A stretch of DNA of 64,000 nt, from NCBI GenBank assembly GCA_963693365.1, contig CAVNZM010000001.1, positions 19,228,125 to 19,292,124 on the forward strand. Reading direction: 5' to 3'. Both the position numbers and the translations under genes were made by a program. Under the pieces are notes generated by a model, which did no database searches, was not told the DNA's origin, and saw nothing but the letters and a program-made list of their open reading frames with translations. The stretch is from Amoebidium appalachense (lineage: Eukaryota > Protista > Ichthyosporea). Positions 35,332 to 56,082 of the stretch are shown here, piece after piece (position 1 is the first letter of the stretch; the number at the start of each line of letters is the position of its first letter).

Positions 35332-37544
35332 GAAGGAGGAGGAGGAGGGGGGAGTTGTTGAGCAAAAGGGGTGCTGTAAACGAGGTTTGTTGTGTAAAAA
35401 AAGGAATTGTAAAAAGGAACTTACACATTTAGTTGCTGATGACCTTCGTTTGTGACGGAATATAGGGGAGGGAAGGTAAAGGGGAGTGTGGGAGCGGAAA
35501 GGAGAGGGGGAAGCGTGGGTGGTTTGGGAGAGAGAAGGGGGGGGAGGTGGGGAGGGGGGAGGAGGCGCAATGAGACTGTTTGGGTTTGTGGCACGGTGGG
35601 TCGGTGGGGCGGGGGGGGGGAGGGGGGAAGGGGGAAGGGAGGGGAGGGGGGGGTTGAGCGAGAGAAAGGAGGAGGAGGTAGGGGAGGAGGGGAGGGGAGG
35701 GAGGGAGGGGGGGAGGGAGGGAGAGGGAGGGGGGAGGGGAAGAGTGGGGGGGGGGGGGAGAGAGAGAGAGGGTGGGGAGAGGGAGGGAGGACGGGGGGGG
35801 GAGAGAAGGGGGGTGGAGAGAGAGAGAGGGGGGGGGGGAAGGGAGGGAGGGAGGGAGGGAGGGAGGGAGAGAGAGAGGGGGGGGGGGGGGGGGAGGGAGG
35901 GAGGGAGGGAGAAAGGGAGGGAGGGGGGTGAGGGGGGGGAGGTAGGGAGGGAGGGAGGGAGGGAGGGAGGGAGGGAGGGTTAGAGAGAGATAGATCAGAT
36001 GGAAGGGATGGGCGAGGGGGATGGAGAGAAAGGATGTAGTTACGGGGCACTTGAAATGAGTTGTAGAGGGGGGAGGGAACGGAGACAATGCAGGGTATGA
36101 ACGATGTATTAGTTTGAATGGAGCGAGGGTGTTGGCAAAGAAAGCCAGTGAGGAGATTTACCTGCGGGCTGTTTGCCGGGGGAGAGGGAGGGGAGAAGGG
36201 GGGCCCAAGGCCGAGTAGGAATTATTCGTTGTTGTTTAAAGAGCTTATGGAAGGAAGGAAAGAACAGAGTAAAAGAAGAGGTTAAAGAACTTGCACACTC
36301 AGGCGTGAGGTGTGGAGCCATGATGACACACCCGCCAAGCTTGCACTCGTCTGTGTCCAGACACAGCATGCAATTGCTGAAGCACACAAACACTTGGCAT
36401 CACAGCTATGTTTGCTTGCACAAGCACATCGGGCACCTCGAGCCTGGACCTTCTTTCTGGACTATGCCTGAGACTCTGGTGGCCGCCCCAACTACACCTG
36501 CTTTCCCCACCACCTTCCTGGTTTTTGTTTGATTATTGCAGCACAGATAGTGTCGTGTTGCTCCTTTTTACTTCACGGTTGGCATGCAGGGGGCTGTGTG
36601 CGGATAGCTATTGCTCGGCTGTTTCTGAATACCCTGTGTTCGTAGGTGGTGTTCTACCAGTCACTTTTTTTACACCATGGGTGATGCACCTCTAAAACTG
36701 CCTGCACATCTGCAGCAGGTAACACCCCCTCCCCCCCCCCCCCCCCCCCCCCCCCCCCGGGTCGCCTTCCGCTCTCCCTTCTGCTCACTGATTGACACAC
36801 AATGATTCTTTCTCCCCCCCCCCCCCCCCCCCCCCGCCCCTCCCCCGCCCCTCTGTCACCCACCGGCGCCCCCACCAACACCCTCGCCTTCCTTTTTTTC
36901 GCGTCACCCCCACTCCCTCCCCCCCCCCCCCCCCCCCCCTCCATCCACGAAATCCGAGAGATCACGGGAAAAAGAGACTGAACTTTGTTTACTCGTCCAC
37001 CTCTCTCTGTCCCTTGCCTCTTCCACTCCATTTCCCATTTCCCCCCCCCCTCCCCCCCCCCCCACTCCCCCCTCCCCCTCCCCCCTCCCCTCTTGGTCTT
37101 CCCCGGCCCCCTCGCTTCTTGCTAACCCACCCGCACACCCACACACCTGCACACCAACAAACACCCACAAACCACACAAACACTAAACTAAAACCAACAG
37201 GCAACCACACATCAAACAACATTGAGGGAAAACAAACAAACAATCACACACTAAACCACACCCAATGAACACAAACAATTAACCACAAACCACACAACAC
37301 CTATACAAAACAAACAAACAACCACACACCAAACCACACCACCCAAACAACACAATCAAACAACCACACATCCAACCACACCCAAACAACACAAACAGAA
37401 ACTAGACCAGCGGCAGGCAGCCTTGCAGTCCAAAAAGCAAAAGGCCTCAGAGCATGGGCAGCCAGCCACCGACACAGCAGAAGCATTCTGGATGGATTTC
37501 CAGAAGCTGGAAGAAGGTATGCATGCTTCGTTTTTTTGGTGGAA

Positions 37545-37579
<35 letters not shown>

Positions 37580-38108
37580 CTTTAGAGTTGATGTTGCCTC
37601 ATCATCCTTCCCCCCTCCTCCCCCCCCCCCCCCCCCCCGTGTTACTACCCTGCGGTGTGGGTCAAATCTCATATTTTCCCCTGTGATTGCAAATTCTGCG
37701 GCCTTCAGGACTTATTTCTTTTCAGCTGGTGTGGTATGTTAGCCAGGAAAGTATCGACCGAGGTAGCGACGGGGGAGTTTCCCAGAACCCCCGTCTCCTG
37801 AGTTCCTATTTATATTTTTCTGGCTTCTGCTTAGTGCTGCAACTTAAGCCCCCGGCCTTTCCCACTGCCCTTGCCTGCATAAGTAACTCTGCTCGTCTCT
37901 GATCAAGACGGGTGTCCCACCCATGTTCAAGTGAAACAGTATCTGAGTTGGGTTTCGTTGACGAGGTGAATGGGTCGAAACTCGGGTACTGAGGATGACG
38001 TGGGCCCCCCTGAGGATGGGCTCTGCTTATATGCACACTCTTTGCCTGGTTCGCACTCTGCATCGTGTTATCCGTTGTTCATGTGTACTTCGTACTTTAT
38101 GACGCATT

Positions 38109-38140
<32 letters not shown>

Positions 38141-38436
38141 CGCCCTTCCCTCCCTCCCCACTCCCCTAGCTCCCTCCATTTTTTCCAATATTGCTGCTTC
38201 TGAGGTTGCTTGGGGTTTTGCACTGAACACAACCCCTCAGTCCCCCTTCATACCGCATCCTGTTGCCGTCCACAAAAACACAAGTCACTTACGGAAAAAA
38301 GATGTAGAAGACCAGCCACGTGTGTTATACATGGCGTGCATTGTCATGTGCACTTTCTAAAGCACACATTACCATGTGAACGTATACTCACGGGTAGGTA
38401 CTTGCATGCACCCTCACACCAAATGCATACACGAAG

Positions 38437-38474
<38 letters not shown>

Positions 38475-39549
38475 TTCCAACACACACACGCACACGCGCG
38501 TGCACGCGCGCGCGCGCGCACACACACAAACACACACACTTACTCACACACACTCTCTCTCACTCACACTCACACAGCCGTCTCTACCCGCACTGTGTCA
38601 CTTGGAGATATACCCGAGTCTGTCCGGGCAAAGGAGGCTGAAGAAATAGCCCAACTGAGGCAACAGGTAGCGGTCGGTGTGTGCTTGTGTGGCGGTGCTG
38701 GTGATAGTGTGTGTATGTTTTGGAGGTTAGGAGGGGAGGGTGGGAGGGGGGGGGTACGGGCAACAATCATTCGTATCATAAGGTTTGCGCTGAATTGTTG
38801 GAGTGGGAGTCACAGTGGTGTTGTACGGGCTTTGCAAGATGCTATTATATTAGACAAGGTGTTTGATGTATGGTGGCTAGATGGGCAGGAGGGAGGGCAA
38901 CCACTGTGCCCCGGTTTTACCAAAAAAATGTTCATGTTGCTCAAATGCTGGTTGGCGATACAATGGTAAACTAATATTCCCCCTCCCCCCCTCCCCCCCC
39001 CCCCCCCCCCCCCCCCCCACCACCACCACCACCACCACCACCTACCCATCCCCCTCCCCCCCTCCCCACCAGGCAGAGGAATTATTGACCGATGCTACCC
39101 GATATCTCGGCCAGTATGATATAAAGAAGGCTCAAAACGTGGGTCTGCCCCCCCCCCCCCCCCCCCCCCCCCCTCTCCTCCCAATTTTTGTCGTTTCTTA
39201 GATCACCATTCCATACTGTCATATATCGACTCACCCAGTGGCAGACACCCACTTGTTTCTTGCATCTTTAATTGGCACACCCGCAATACTTAAAGTGAAG
39301 TGGCATGCCTGACCCCGATTCCACCAATGGCAGGCTTTTATTAAAACGATAGCAAATATATTCACAGATCATACAAGTGAAAGCTTAGTGAAAATATCTC
39401 ATACCAGTCCATCTAATAGGTGATTTATTCGACATGTCCACCCAAGATTCCTGGTATACCTAACCAAATCACATATGTCGCCAATCTCGATAGAATCGTA
39501 GTTAAGCACGAGACTATAATGCGTTTGCATTGAACACAGTTCAGGATCG

Positions 39550-39582
<33 letters not shown>

Positions 39583-39754
39583 TTCCTCCCTCCCTCCCTT
39601 CCTCTCTCTCTTCACCTTTGTCTGGATATAGGTTTAGGGATAGAGGCTCCAACGTTGAAACCCTTATATTTGATATGGATAGTGGGTTTGGTTAGGCACA
39701 AGGGGGGGAAGGAGGTGGAGTGGGAGGGGTAGGAGGGAGGGGCTGGGGGGTGCC

Positions 39755-39787
<33 letters not shown>

Positions 39788-39972
39788 ATCGACTGTCGTC
39801 GTCTACCCGTTATGTGGTTGTTGATTCCTATCACCACAGACACTGACAGCTCTGCATGAGTCGCTGGAAGAGAAAAAGGCAACACTGCTGCCACAGAAGA
39901 AGTTTGCTTTCAAGGCCCGGCCCAGACCGAAAAAGGTAGCGTACAGTGTGAGAGTTGCTTGTTTGCAACTAT

Positions 39973-40028
<56 letters not shown>

Positions 40029-40201
40029 CGGGCTACCACCATCACCACCACCACAAAAAAGAAAGAAAGAAAGAAAGAAAGGAAAGAAAAAGAAAGAAGA
40101 AGGGGAGGGGGGGGGGGAGTGTGTGCGTGTGTGCGCATGAGTGACTGAGAGGTAACGGGTGGTTGAAAAGATAAGAGAAAGAAGCACGTATATCCCTGTG
40201 C

Positions 40202-40242
<41 letters not shown>

Positions 40243-40634
40243 ACGAACATTGAGAGAGTTGTGCAAAGGTAGATGCTCCACGTGGTCATCTTCACATGCT
40301 TGGGATCTGCTTTCAGAATTGCATGCGAGATGGCATGTCTGAACTCTGGGCACGTATCTTTTCTCCCTTTCTTATTGGCATATAGGTGTGTGTGTGTGTG
40401 TGTACGCATTCCTTATTGATATGTAAGTGTCTCCTGTGTGCATTATCTTTTCTGTGTATGTTTACTTGTATTTGAGATTAGGTTGAGCGGCTGGATTAGG
40501 GCAAGAACATGAAGGGAGACGTGGGTGTACTGTTTCTGGTGGCATAGCAGTTGGTGAAAGGAATGGTCGGCTTTAATTCTGGCAAAACACATGTTCAATA
40601 TTCTGATTTTGTTTGTAGCCTTTTCCCCCCTTTT

Positions 40635-40680
<46 letters not shown>

Positions 40681-41076
40681 ATTTGTTCATGAACTTCCAC
40701 GTTGCAGGTAGAAGCGAGTGAGCCAAACACACACCCCCAAACAGAGACCACGAATAGCAGTGCAGCACCGGCCACCAACCACACGTCTTTTGAAAACACC
40801 AACGCTGTTGTGATTTCGGACCAATCAAACTCAACCATCGACAAAGCAGCCAATGTAACGGATGGAAAAGATGTTGTTTTGCGCAATTTGAGTGGGTGCA
40901 AAATATTTCTTTCGGGCCGTGTAGGGGCTGTACGTGCGGATGGGCTTAGGGACTGCACGGTGGTGGTGGGGACGGTGGAGGGGTCAGTGTTGATGCACGA
41001 GTGCAGGGGGTGTGTCTTCTACCTGGGATGCAGACAGGTAGGCAAACCGTTGGAGAGACACGCATACACACACATC

Positions 41077-41114
<38 letters not shown>

Positions 41115-41520
41115 TCCCTCTGCGCCTTCCCCCCCCCCCCCCCCCCCGGCCCTCAACCCCTCTTCGCTACACAGGTCCTGCATTGCAACACTTGGCCTCT
41201 TCCCTTTTCCTCCCTCCCTCCTCCTCTCCCCCCCCCCCCCCCCCCCCTCCCCTCCCCCTCTTTTCCTTCCGTTTCCCCCGTGTGCTTATCTCCTTGGGCA
41301 AAAAGGGAATGAGCCCATCCCTATGAAGAGCTCGTCCACGTGCACATCACACGTGCGCTGCGACCTCTGGGGCACACAAGCCAGATTCATGTTTCCAACC
41401 ACACTCAATTCCATACACACACAGCTGAGGGTGCACACCACCACCTCCTGTGACTTCTATCTGGACATCCACAGTCATCCCATCATTGAAGATTGCAGGC
41501 AAGTGGCTGCACACCCCCAG

Positions 41521-41557
<37 letters not shown>

Positions 41558-41816
41558 AGGTCTGTGTGTGGTGCGTGAGCGAGTGTGTGTGGGCGTGCGT
41601 GTGTGCATGCGTTCGGGGCATGTTTGCGTGGGAGGGGGGAGGGGAGGGGAGGGGGGAGGTCTTCAAGTTCTACAAGTGTATGTAAGCCTTGGAGGAGCAA
41701 GCGGGGAGAGACTCGAGTTAATATATTAACACAAAAGTATGTTTTCTCATGCAAGTTCAGTTGTTCATGTGTCTGGGGTTTGAGCATGACTTTTTGCAGT
41801 GGTGGTGGTGGTCAAT

Positions 41817-41865
<49 letters not shown>

Positions 41866-42136
41866 TGTGCGCACGCATTTGAAGCACCCCTAATGATTTG
41901 TTGGGGTGGCGTTGCAGTGGGTTGAGATTTGGCCCACTTTGTGCCCAGCCAAGCCCGTTACAACCAGAGGTAGGGCCGCCCCAAACTGCAGGTGCGCGCA
42001 TGCGGGCGGACACACTTAGCGATACACACATACATGCACGCACCTTCACACCCAAATACACATGTGCACGCACCTATAGGCACACACACACACACACACA
42101 CACACACGCGCGCAGCATGCACGCACACACACACAG

Positions 42137-42211
<75 letters not shown>

Positions 42212-42552
42212 CGCGCAGTCACACAAGCGACCACCACTGCCTCCACGTGCCCAATGAAGATTGGAAGGGGAAGAAGCAGGGAAAAAAAGGCTCTTTCACA
42301 TTCCTCACGTGCATAATCGAGAGCGGACGTACAGGCCCCCCCCATGAGCAGTATGCACCATCTGTGCTAGGGTTAAACGGTTATCTCATAGTATGTCTCT
42401 TGCAGGCAGCCCAAATATCATCCACCTGCCAATCGGATTTGTGGAGGAGGGTAAACGACTTCAAGTGGCTGCGATCAGACACCCTCTCGCCAAACTGGGC
42501 CGTGATACCCGAGGGTGATAGGCTACCGGCTCCGAGATCTCCAATTAGCTGA
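35136..42552 (+). CDS. TBCC: Tubulin-specific chaperone C (tubulin folding cofactor C), about 9 exons
   Basis: Approximate exons 35136-35180 (start tentative), 37399-37516, 38578-38666, 39073-39138, 39840-39935, 40708-41037, 41425-41498, 41918-41969, 42406-42552. Hallmarks: DATRYLGQYDIKKAQ, LPQKKFAFK, GTVEGSVLMHECRGC, CRQLRVH, HPIIEDCSGLRFGP, WRRVNDFKWL, SPNW. Confidence 0.92.
37639..38109 (+). mobile_element. Poly(C)-associated retroposon-like element, subfamily 2, ~470 bp between two poly(C) tracts in a TBCC intron
   Basis: Colinear with the reverse complement of 28618-28900 (CCTTGC.TGCATAAG.AAC.CTGCTCGTCT.TGATCAAGACGGGT; GGGTCGAAACTC; CCTGAGGATGGGCTCTGCTTAT; GTACTTCGTAC). Confidence 0.75.
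37937..38023 (+). ncRNA. Candidate permuted/pseudoknotted hammerhead ribozyme (subfamily 2)
   Basis: CAGUAUCUGAGU-U|GGG...UC-GAAACUCGGGUACUG...GGGC-CCCC-CUGAGGA-UGG-GCUC: 12-bp stem III with G-U pairs and stem I GGG/CCC. Confidence 0.55.
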
Positions 42553-42897
42553 GACTATCAGTCGAAGTAAATAGAGACTCGTAAGAATAGGGTAAATCAA
42601 ATAATGTTGGAGTGTAACATTTGGTAGTTATCTGTAGTTTAACTGACACCTTTAATACCATCTGTATGGACGTGGTATCGTATACGTTTGAAATTTTGCA
42701 CACGTTGTGACCGGTCTTAACTTTCTCTCGGAGCTACCAATGCTAGCTTCTGCTTATCCATAATCTAAAATAGGGTTGTTTTATTGCATACAGTGTACAT
42801 CAGTCACTAGCTGCATTTGATTGGCTGCACTGGAAAACGCTGTAGGCCGTCAAGTGAGGCTGGGCCCCTGACGATGTCCGCAGCAATACAAAGTGCA

Positions 42898-42933
<36 letters not shown>

Positions 42934-43492
42934 ACCGGGATAACGTAATAGGATGATACACACGGGTTCTTCTAGCCAGACTCTCCTTATGATACAGGGG
43001 TCGACAGTGCGTGACCTCATCCCAGGTTAATTTGATAACTCCTTACACATGGCAGCTCTGTAGCATACTTCACCCTGCTTCCGTAGTCGTACATTTGTCA
43101 AGTTGCCTTTCACACGAACGGCAATCTACTATGGCAATACCAAGCCGGTCACTTTTTTGTTTGGTGTTAAACATTGCTGCTAGGTTTGCACTTGCATAGA
43201 ATCCGGGAATGTATGCTGTGCACAATGTTATTGCTTGACAATCGGTTCAACTGTAATACGGCTATGAATGGTACCTACACCCTCAGCACTAGTCAAGATC
43301 TGATGATTGTACATGTGTGAATAAAATGTCTTGAATGACAGTACATGTTGTGCTGCTGTCAAAGCCACAAAAGCTATGGTCCTGCAACAGGGATGATGGC
43401 CAGTATTCAAGGAAGAACGTGTTTGCAATTGACCACGTTGACTCGAGATATCCAGATTAATCAGGATCTCTGGCGCTGGCTTGGTTAGATAG

Positions 43493-43540
<48 letters not shown>

Positions 43541-44367
43541 ACCACCACCACCACCACCACTACCACCACCACCAATAATAATAATAATAATATTAATACA
43601 GGCACGGGTTTCATAAACTCCATAGTTTAGCTTTGTGGAAACCGAGACCTTGGAAATTTCAGCACATCGATAAAGTTATCAAGGTAAAAAAGAAATTGCC
43701 AACAGGTCCAACATAAATGTTTTATTTATGAAACATTGTGCACGTGTAGATACTGTAACATCATGTGAAGCATCCTCATTTGGTCAACTTATAGAACATA
43801 AATTTCGAATGTTCCCAAAAATTCACCATCCGGCCCAGGCGCTGGTCATTATTGTTGAAACAGGTCAATCCCACAGTGTCATCCGAAATCTTTGCAGGTA
43901 AACCTAGCCGAACAGAATGGTTTTAGAGTTTCATTAGATAGTGATCCAAGCCAACTGCCCGACTCGGAGATATTTGTACACACCATGCAGACGGGATAAC
44001 GTCCAAACACACCATTACACTCGTACATTCCAGCACACACACACACACACGGCTATACTTGCACGCACTACAGGGTAGGCCGAAATCAAGATTACGTGGA
44101 TTTCGAATTTGGTCGGCCCACCCCAATACCTTCATAATGACAAAAGAAACGATCCTATTTTGATGTATGTCGTGGCGGCTAGCCAGCCACAAAAGAATTT
44201 TTAACTAGTGCTATTACTAACTTAAATTCGAAAAACTCCAATATTACACCTACCCCTGCACACCTAAACGGTATACGGCAGACTCCACTACTGCATTCCG
44301 TATGCAAATGGTTGTATGTACACGACTATTACAACAACCACCGCCGCATTCGCATTCAAACAACGTA

Positions 44368-52482
<8,115 letters not shown>

Positions 52483-52981
52483 CCTGGGATTTAGGCTTCA
52501 AGAATCGGGGTGGGTAGCTATGCTTTCCCTTCTCTTTTTAGGCAGTTGTTATGACAAAACACCGCCAGCACATGTAGCTCCTCGCACGCGCAGGCTCCAG
52601 CGCGCCGCTTTTTATCTTCTTGGGAGACAAAGGCTCATTGGATGATCCTGCCGCCAAATTTTGTTGTGCCAATCATATGCACGCAATGGGTCTCGGGGGA
52701 ACCATGTTCATCGCCATATATAAAGACCTTGTTTCTTTTTTCTGTTTCACTGCTCTTTATCATTATTATTTGAACCGGATGTCTGCTACGATGCACGCAG
52801 TATCAACAATAGTAATTAGTACAGCTGCAGCTATGTCGTCTCTTTAATGAGGCTTGCTTGCTGTTTTTTAGATTGGATTCATAGCACGAAACCATCGATA
52901 ACGGTTACCTCATAGAGACCGCAGTCCAACTCAGACTCAAGTTGTGTGAAGGTGTGATGCCTCACAAAAAAGCGTAGCACC

Positions 52982-54412
52982 ATGGATAAAGACAGAGAAA
53001 CAACAAACCCAGTAAGCCCTCTATGCACACAAGCACTTGAGCAAGCACTTGTGCTTTCCAACGACCACCTACTTTTCAACATCTTCACATTCCTGCCAAA
53101 ACAAGACTGGGTCACCTGCACCCTCGTGTGTCGCAGATGGCGGCAAATCAGCCATGAGCGACGTTTTGAACACTTGTTCTTCGTTACTATACACACATAC
53201 TCGCAGGATGTTATAGAAACAGGCCTCTTTGTTTGGGGGAAAGCTGTCACCAAAGTCCGGTTAATCGGACCGGCAGTGCAAGTTGACCCCCGCTATATCG
53301 AACTCTTCCTTTCACTGTGCCCAAACTTGACTGTCTTAGACATAACCACAAACCAAACGGTCACCAAGTACCCGACGAAACTACGCAAACTGACACTCGA
53401 GACCGTGTCAAACATACCAGTAGACCTCTCCCCACTTCACACGTGCACGCAGCTCACGTGTTTTGTTGGTTACAGCCACCCTACCAACCCTCTACCTTTA
53501 CCCCCCGGGGCAGCGTATCATCCTTTCACCGGACTCTTCGCTTTGCCAAACATATCCACACTAAGGTCTGTATGTCTACTAAACTATCTTCTAACGGCGG
53601 AAGAACTGGGAGTGATTAACCAGTGCACCCAACTGGAGGTTCTGTCGATAAACACGTTGCATGAGACTGCGGACTTTGCAACATTGACCAACCTCACCCG
53701 TTTAACGAAACTCGTTTGTGAGCTCGCTTGCATTCCTGCGGACCTTTCACCATGGAGGATTGTGAACCTAACCGTGACGGACACAGGCCTGCACAACCCA
53801 CTCACATACTCGTTTTTGCATACAATTCCGTCAGTGAAAAAGCTTCAACTCCCTTTCATGCCGCCCGAGAATATTCATGCCCGTCCCCTTGAAGGCTGCA
53901 GTAAACTCGCATCATTTGAGTGCAAGAGTATAAGATGATGCAGGTCCCTGGATTTTCTGAAAGACTGCCCAGAGCTTTGCTCTCTCCGGCTGGAGAACTG
54001 CTACAGTCTCACGGACATAACGCACATATCAACCTGCACGGGACTCACAGACATTGAGATACTAAACGCGCCGAAAATCGAAAAGCTGTCTCCACTTGCC
54101 GCATGCACAGGCCTTGCTAGCCTCACCCTCACCGGTGTCCTCATGTCGGCCATTCACGACTTCCCAACCCTCTCGTCGTGTGAAAAACTCAAAAGAATAT
54201 CACTCTCCCCCATAACAACAGATTTGATCCCCGGGCGCTTTAATGAGCAAACAGATTGGTTTTGGTCCAAACAGCTATCGAGGTTGCGCTTTGTGGAACT
54301 CTGTTTTCTCACTCTTTCAACCACTCATTGGTCAATGCGAGATGTCGTGATGCTTAAGTTTGTCGAGCTCGGTCGTAAGAGGGGTGTGAAGGTGGTTATT
54401 AGCAGGTCCTGA
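52982..54412 (+). pseudogene. Intronless F-box/leucine-rich-repeat gene with one in-frame TGA (53936-53938); pseudogene, base-call error or readthrough
   Basis: F-box LSNDHLLFNIFTFLPKQDWVTCTLVCRRWRQIS followed by Cys-containing LRRs. The same frame continues without stops after the TGA (CRSLDFLKDCPELCSLRLENCYSL...) into ORF 54143-54412. Confidence 0.8.
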
Positions 54413-54452
54413 TGTACGTACATAGGGCTGTAGGAAAGCAAGAGAATGTGCT

Positions 54453-54639
54453 TCTGTAGTAATCATATGTCGATCTAGATGATGCATAATATGGACGGTG
54501 GCGGTACTGGTACGTCTAGGTTATTCAAAGTTGAGGTTTTCCCTCTCTGTAGTAATCATATGCCGATCTAGATGATGCATAATGTGGTACGGTGGCGGTA
54601 CTGGTACGTCTAGGTTATTCAAAGTTGAGGTTTTCCCTC
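54453..54639. repeat. Tandem duplication, 2 x ~93 bp, just downstream of the F-box gene
   Basis: TCTGTAGTAATCATATG.CGATCTAGATGATGC...GAGGTTTTCCCTC occurs at 54453 and 54546. Confidence 0.9.
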
Positions 54640-54904
54640 ATTGTGTGGGTAAGGCTACAGTGTTACTGTGTGGCTGGTTTCGGGGAAGAACTCTGAGGCT
54701 CATGGTTGAAGTGGTATGTATCACGGTATATTTTTATCCGAGCAATTCTTTTGCGATGTATGTAGAATATGTAGATAAATTCCGTGATAGGAGATACTGT
54801 TACTACGGTGTAGGCCAGTAAAGTGGTTTTATTGGGGTAGTATTGTTTCTCACTAGGCTATGGTGCAAACATGCGCTCCTTGGCCTTCCTTTTTTCGCTT
54901 TACA

Positions 54905-54945
<41 letters not shown>

Positions 54946-54951
54946 TGTGTG

Positions 54952-54989
<38 letters not shown>

Positions 54990-55151
54990 AGACTCTTGCA
55001 AGAACGGACCAGCACGCACAAAAATGCTTACACTGGCACACAAATATTCGTGTGCATGTGGATTTCGAATCTGACTGGCAGGTATCGGCCTCACGACCCG
55101 CTAACGGGTGAATAAACGCAAACAATTACGGTTGTCTTGGACCAGCGGTGC

Positions 55152-55262
<111 letters not shown>

Positions 55263-55852
55263 GTGTGTTTTTTTTTGGGGGGGGGGGGTCCGGAGCACAC
55301 AGGGGGGGGGGGGGGGGGGGGGGGGGGGAGGGGGGGGGGAGGAACCGGAGAGCCAGCATAGGCTAGTGTTGCCGGCTCTAATACTTGCACTATGCTTACG
55401 CCATAAGCACATACATACGTCGCATCGGTGGCACCTTCACACAACATTACGAAAGTATTTATAGTCAACATACAGGGCTCTTCAATGGTTTAAGTGGGAA
55501 AGGAAAAAACCCAATGATCCTTTTGATTTCTCTCCCCACCCCCCGTTCCGCCCCAAGGCCTAGAGGCCTCCCTCCCTACGGCCCCATTTTATCTCATCAG
55601 CCTGTACGTGTGTGCTTGTGTGCTTGTGTGCGTGTGTACGTGTGTGCATCATGGTGTATGCCTGTGAATCAGTGTGTGAGTGTGTGTCTGTATCATCGGA
55701 CTTGTGTGTCACCGAGTACGTGTGTGTGAGTGAGATTGTTGTGTGTACATGTGTCTGTGTACGGTGTGTTAGTGTGTGTCTGTGTGTGTCTTTTAAAAAT
55801 TTTGCAAATGCGTGCGTGCGTGCGTGTGTGTGTGTGTGTGTGTGCATGTGCA

Positions 55853-55884
<32 letters not shown>

Positions 55885-56082
55885 CGTGTGCGTGTGTGCG
55901 TGTGTGTGTGTACACTTTAATATGTGCCTCTCTCTCTACCCTCGAGCCCCCCCCCCTCCCCCCGCGCTCTTTCGCAGTACACGCCATGTGTGCCTGTATA
56001 CTAGTATAGGTGTGTGTGTGCGTGTGTGTGCGTGCTAGCTGTGCGTGCTACTGCTTGTGCATAGTCGTTGCATGTTCTGAGT

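Noticed and set aside
53936-53938. Genome-wide UGA reassignment
   Set aside because: TGA terminates TBCC and the MYND gene at expected positions, Trp is encoded by TGG in the exons read, and only one internal TGA is seen in a recognised gene.
54453-54639. SECIS element for the F-box TGA
   Set aside because: ATGA is present, but no properly spaced GA quartet partner or apical AA loop is evident; it is simply a tandem duplication.
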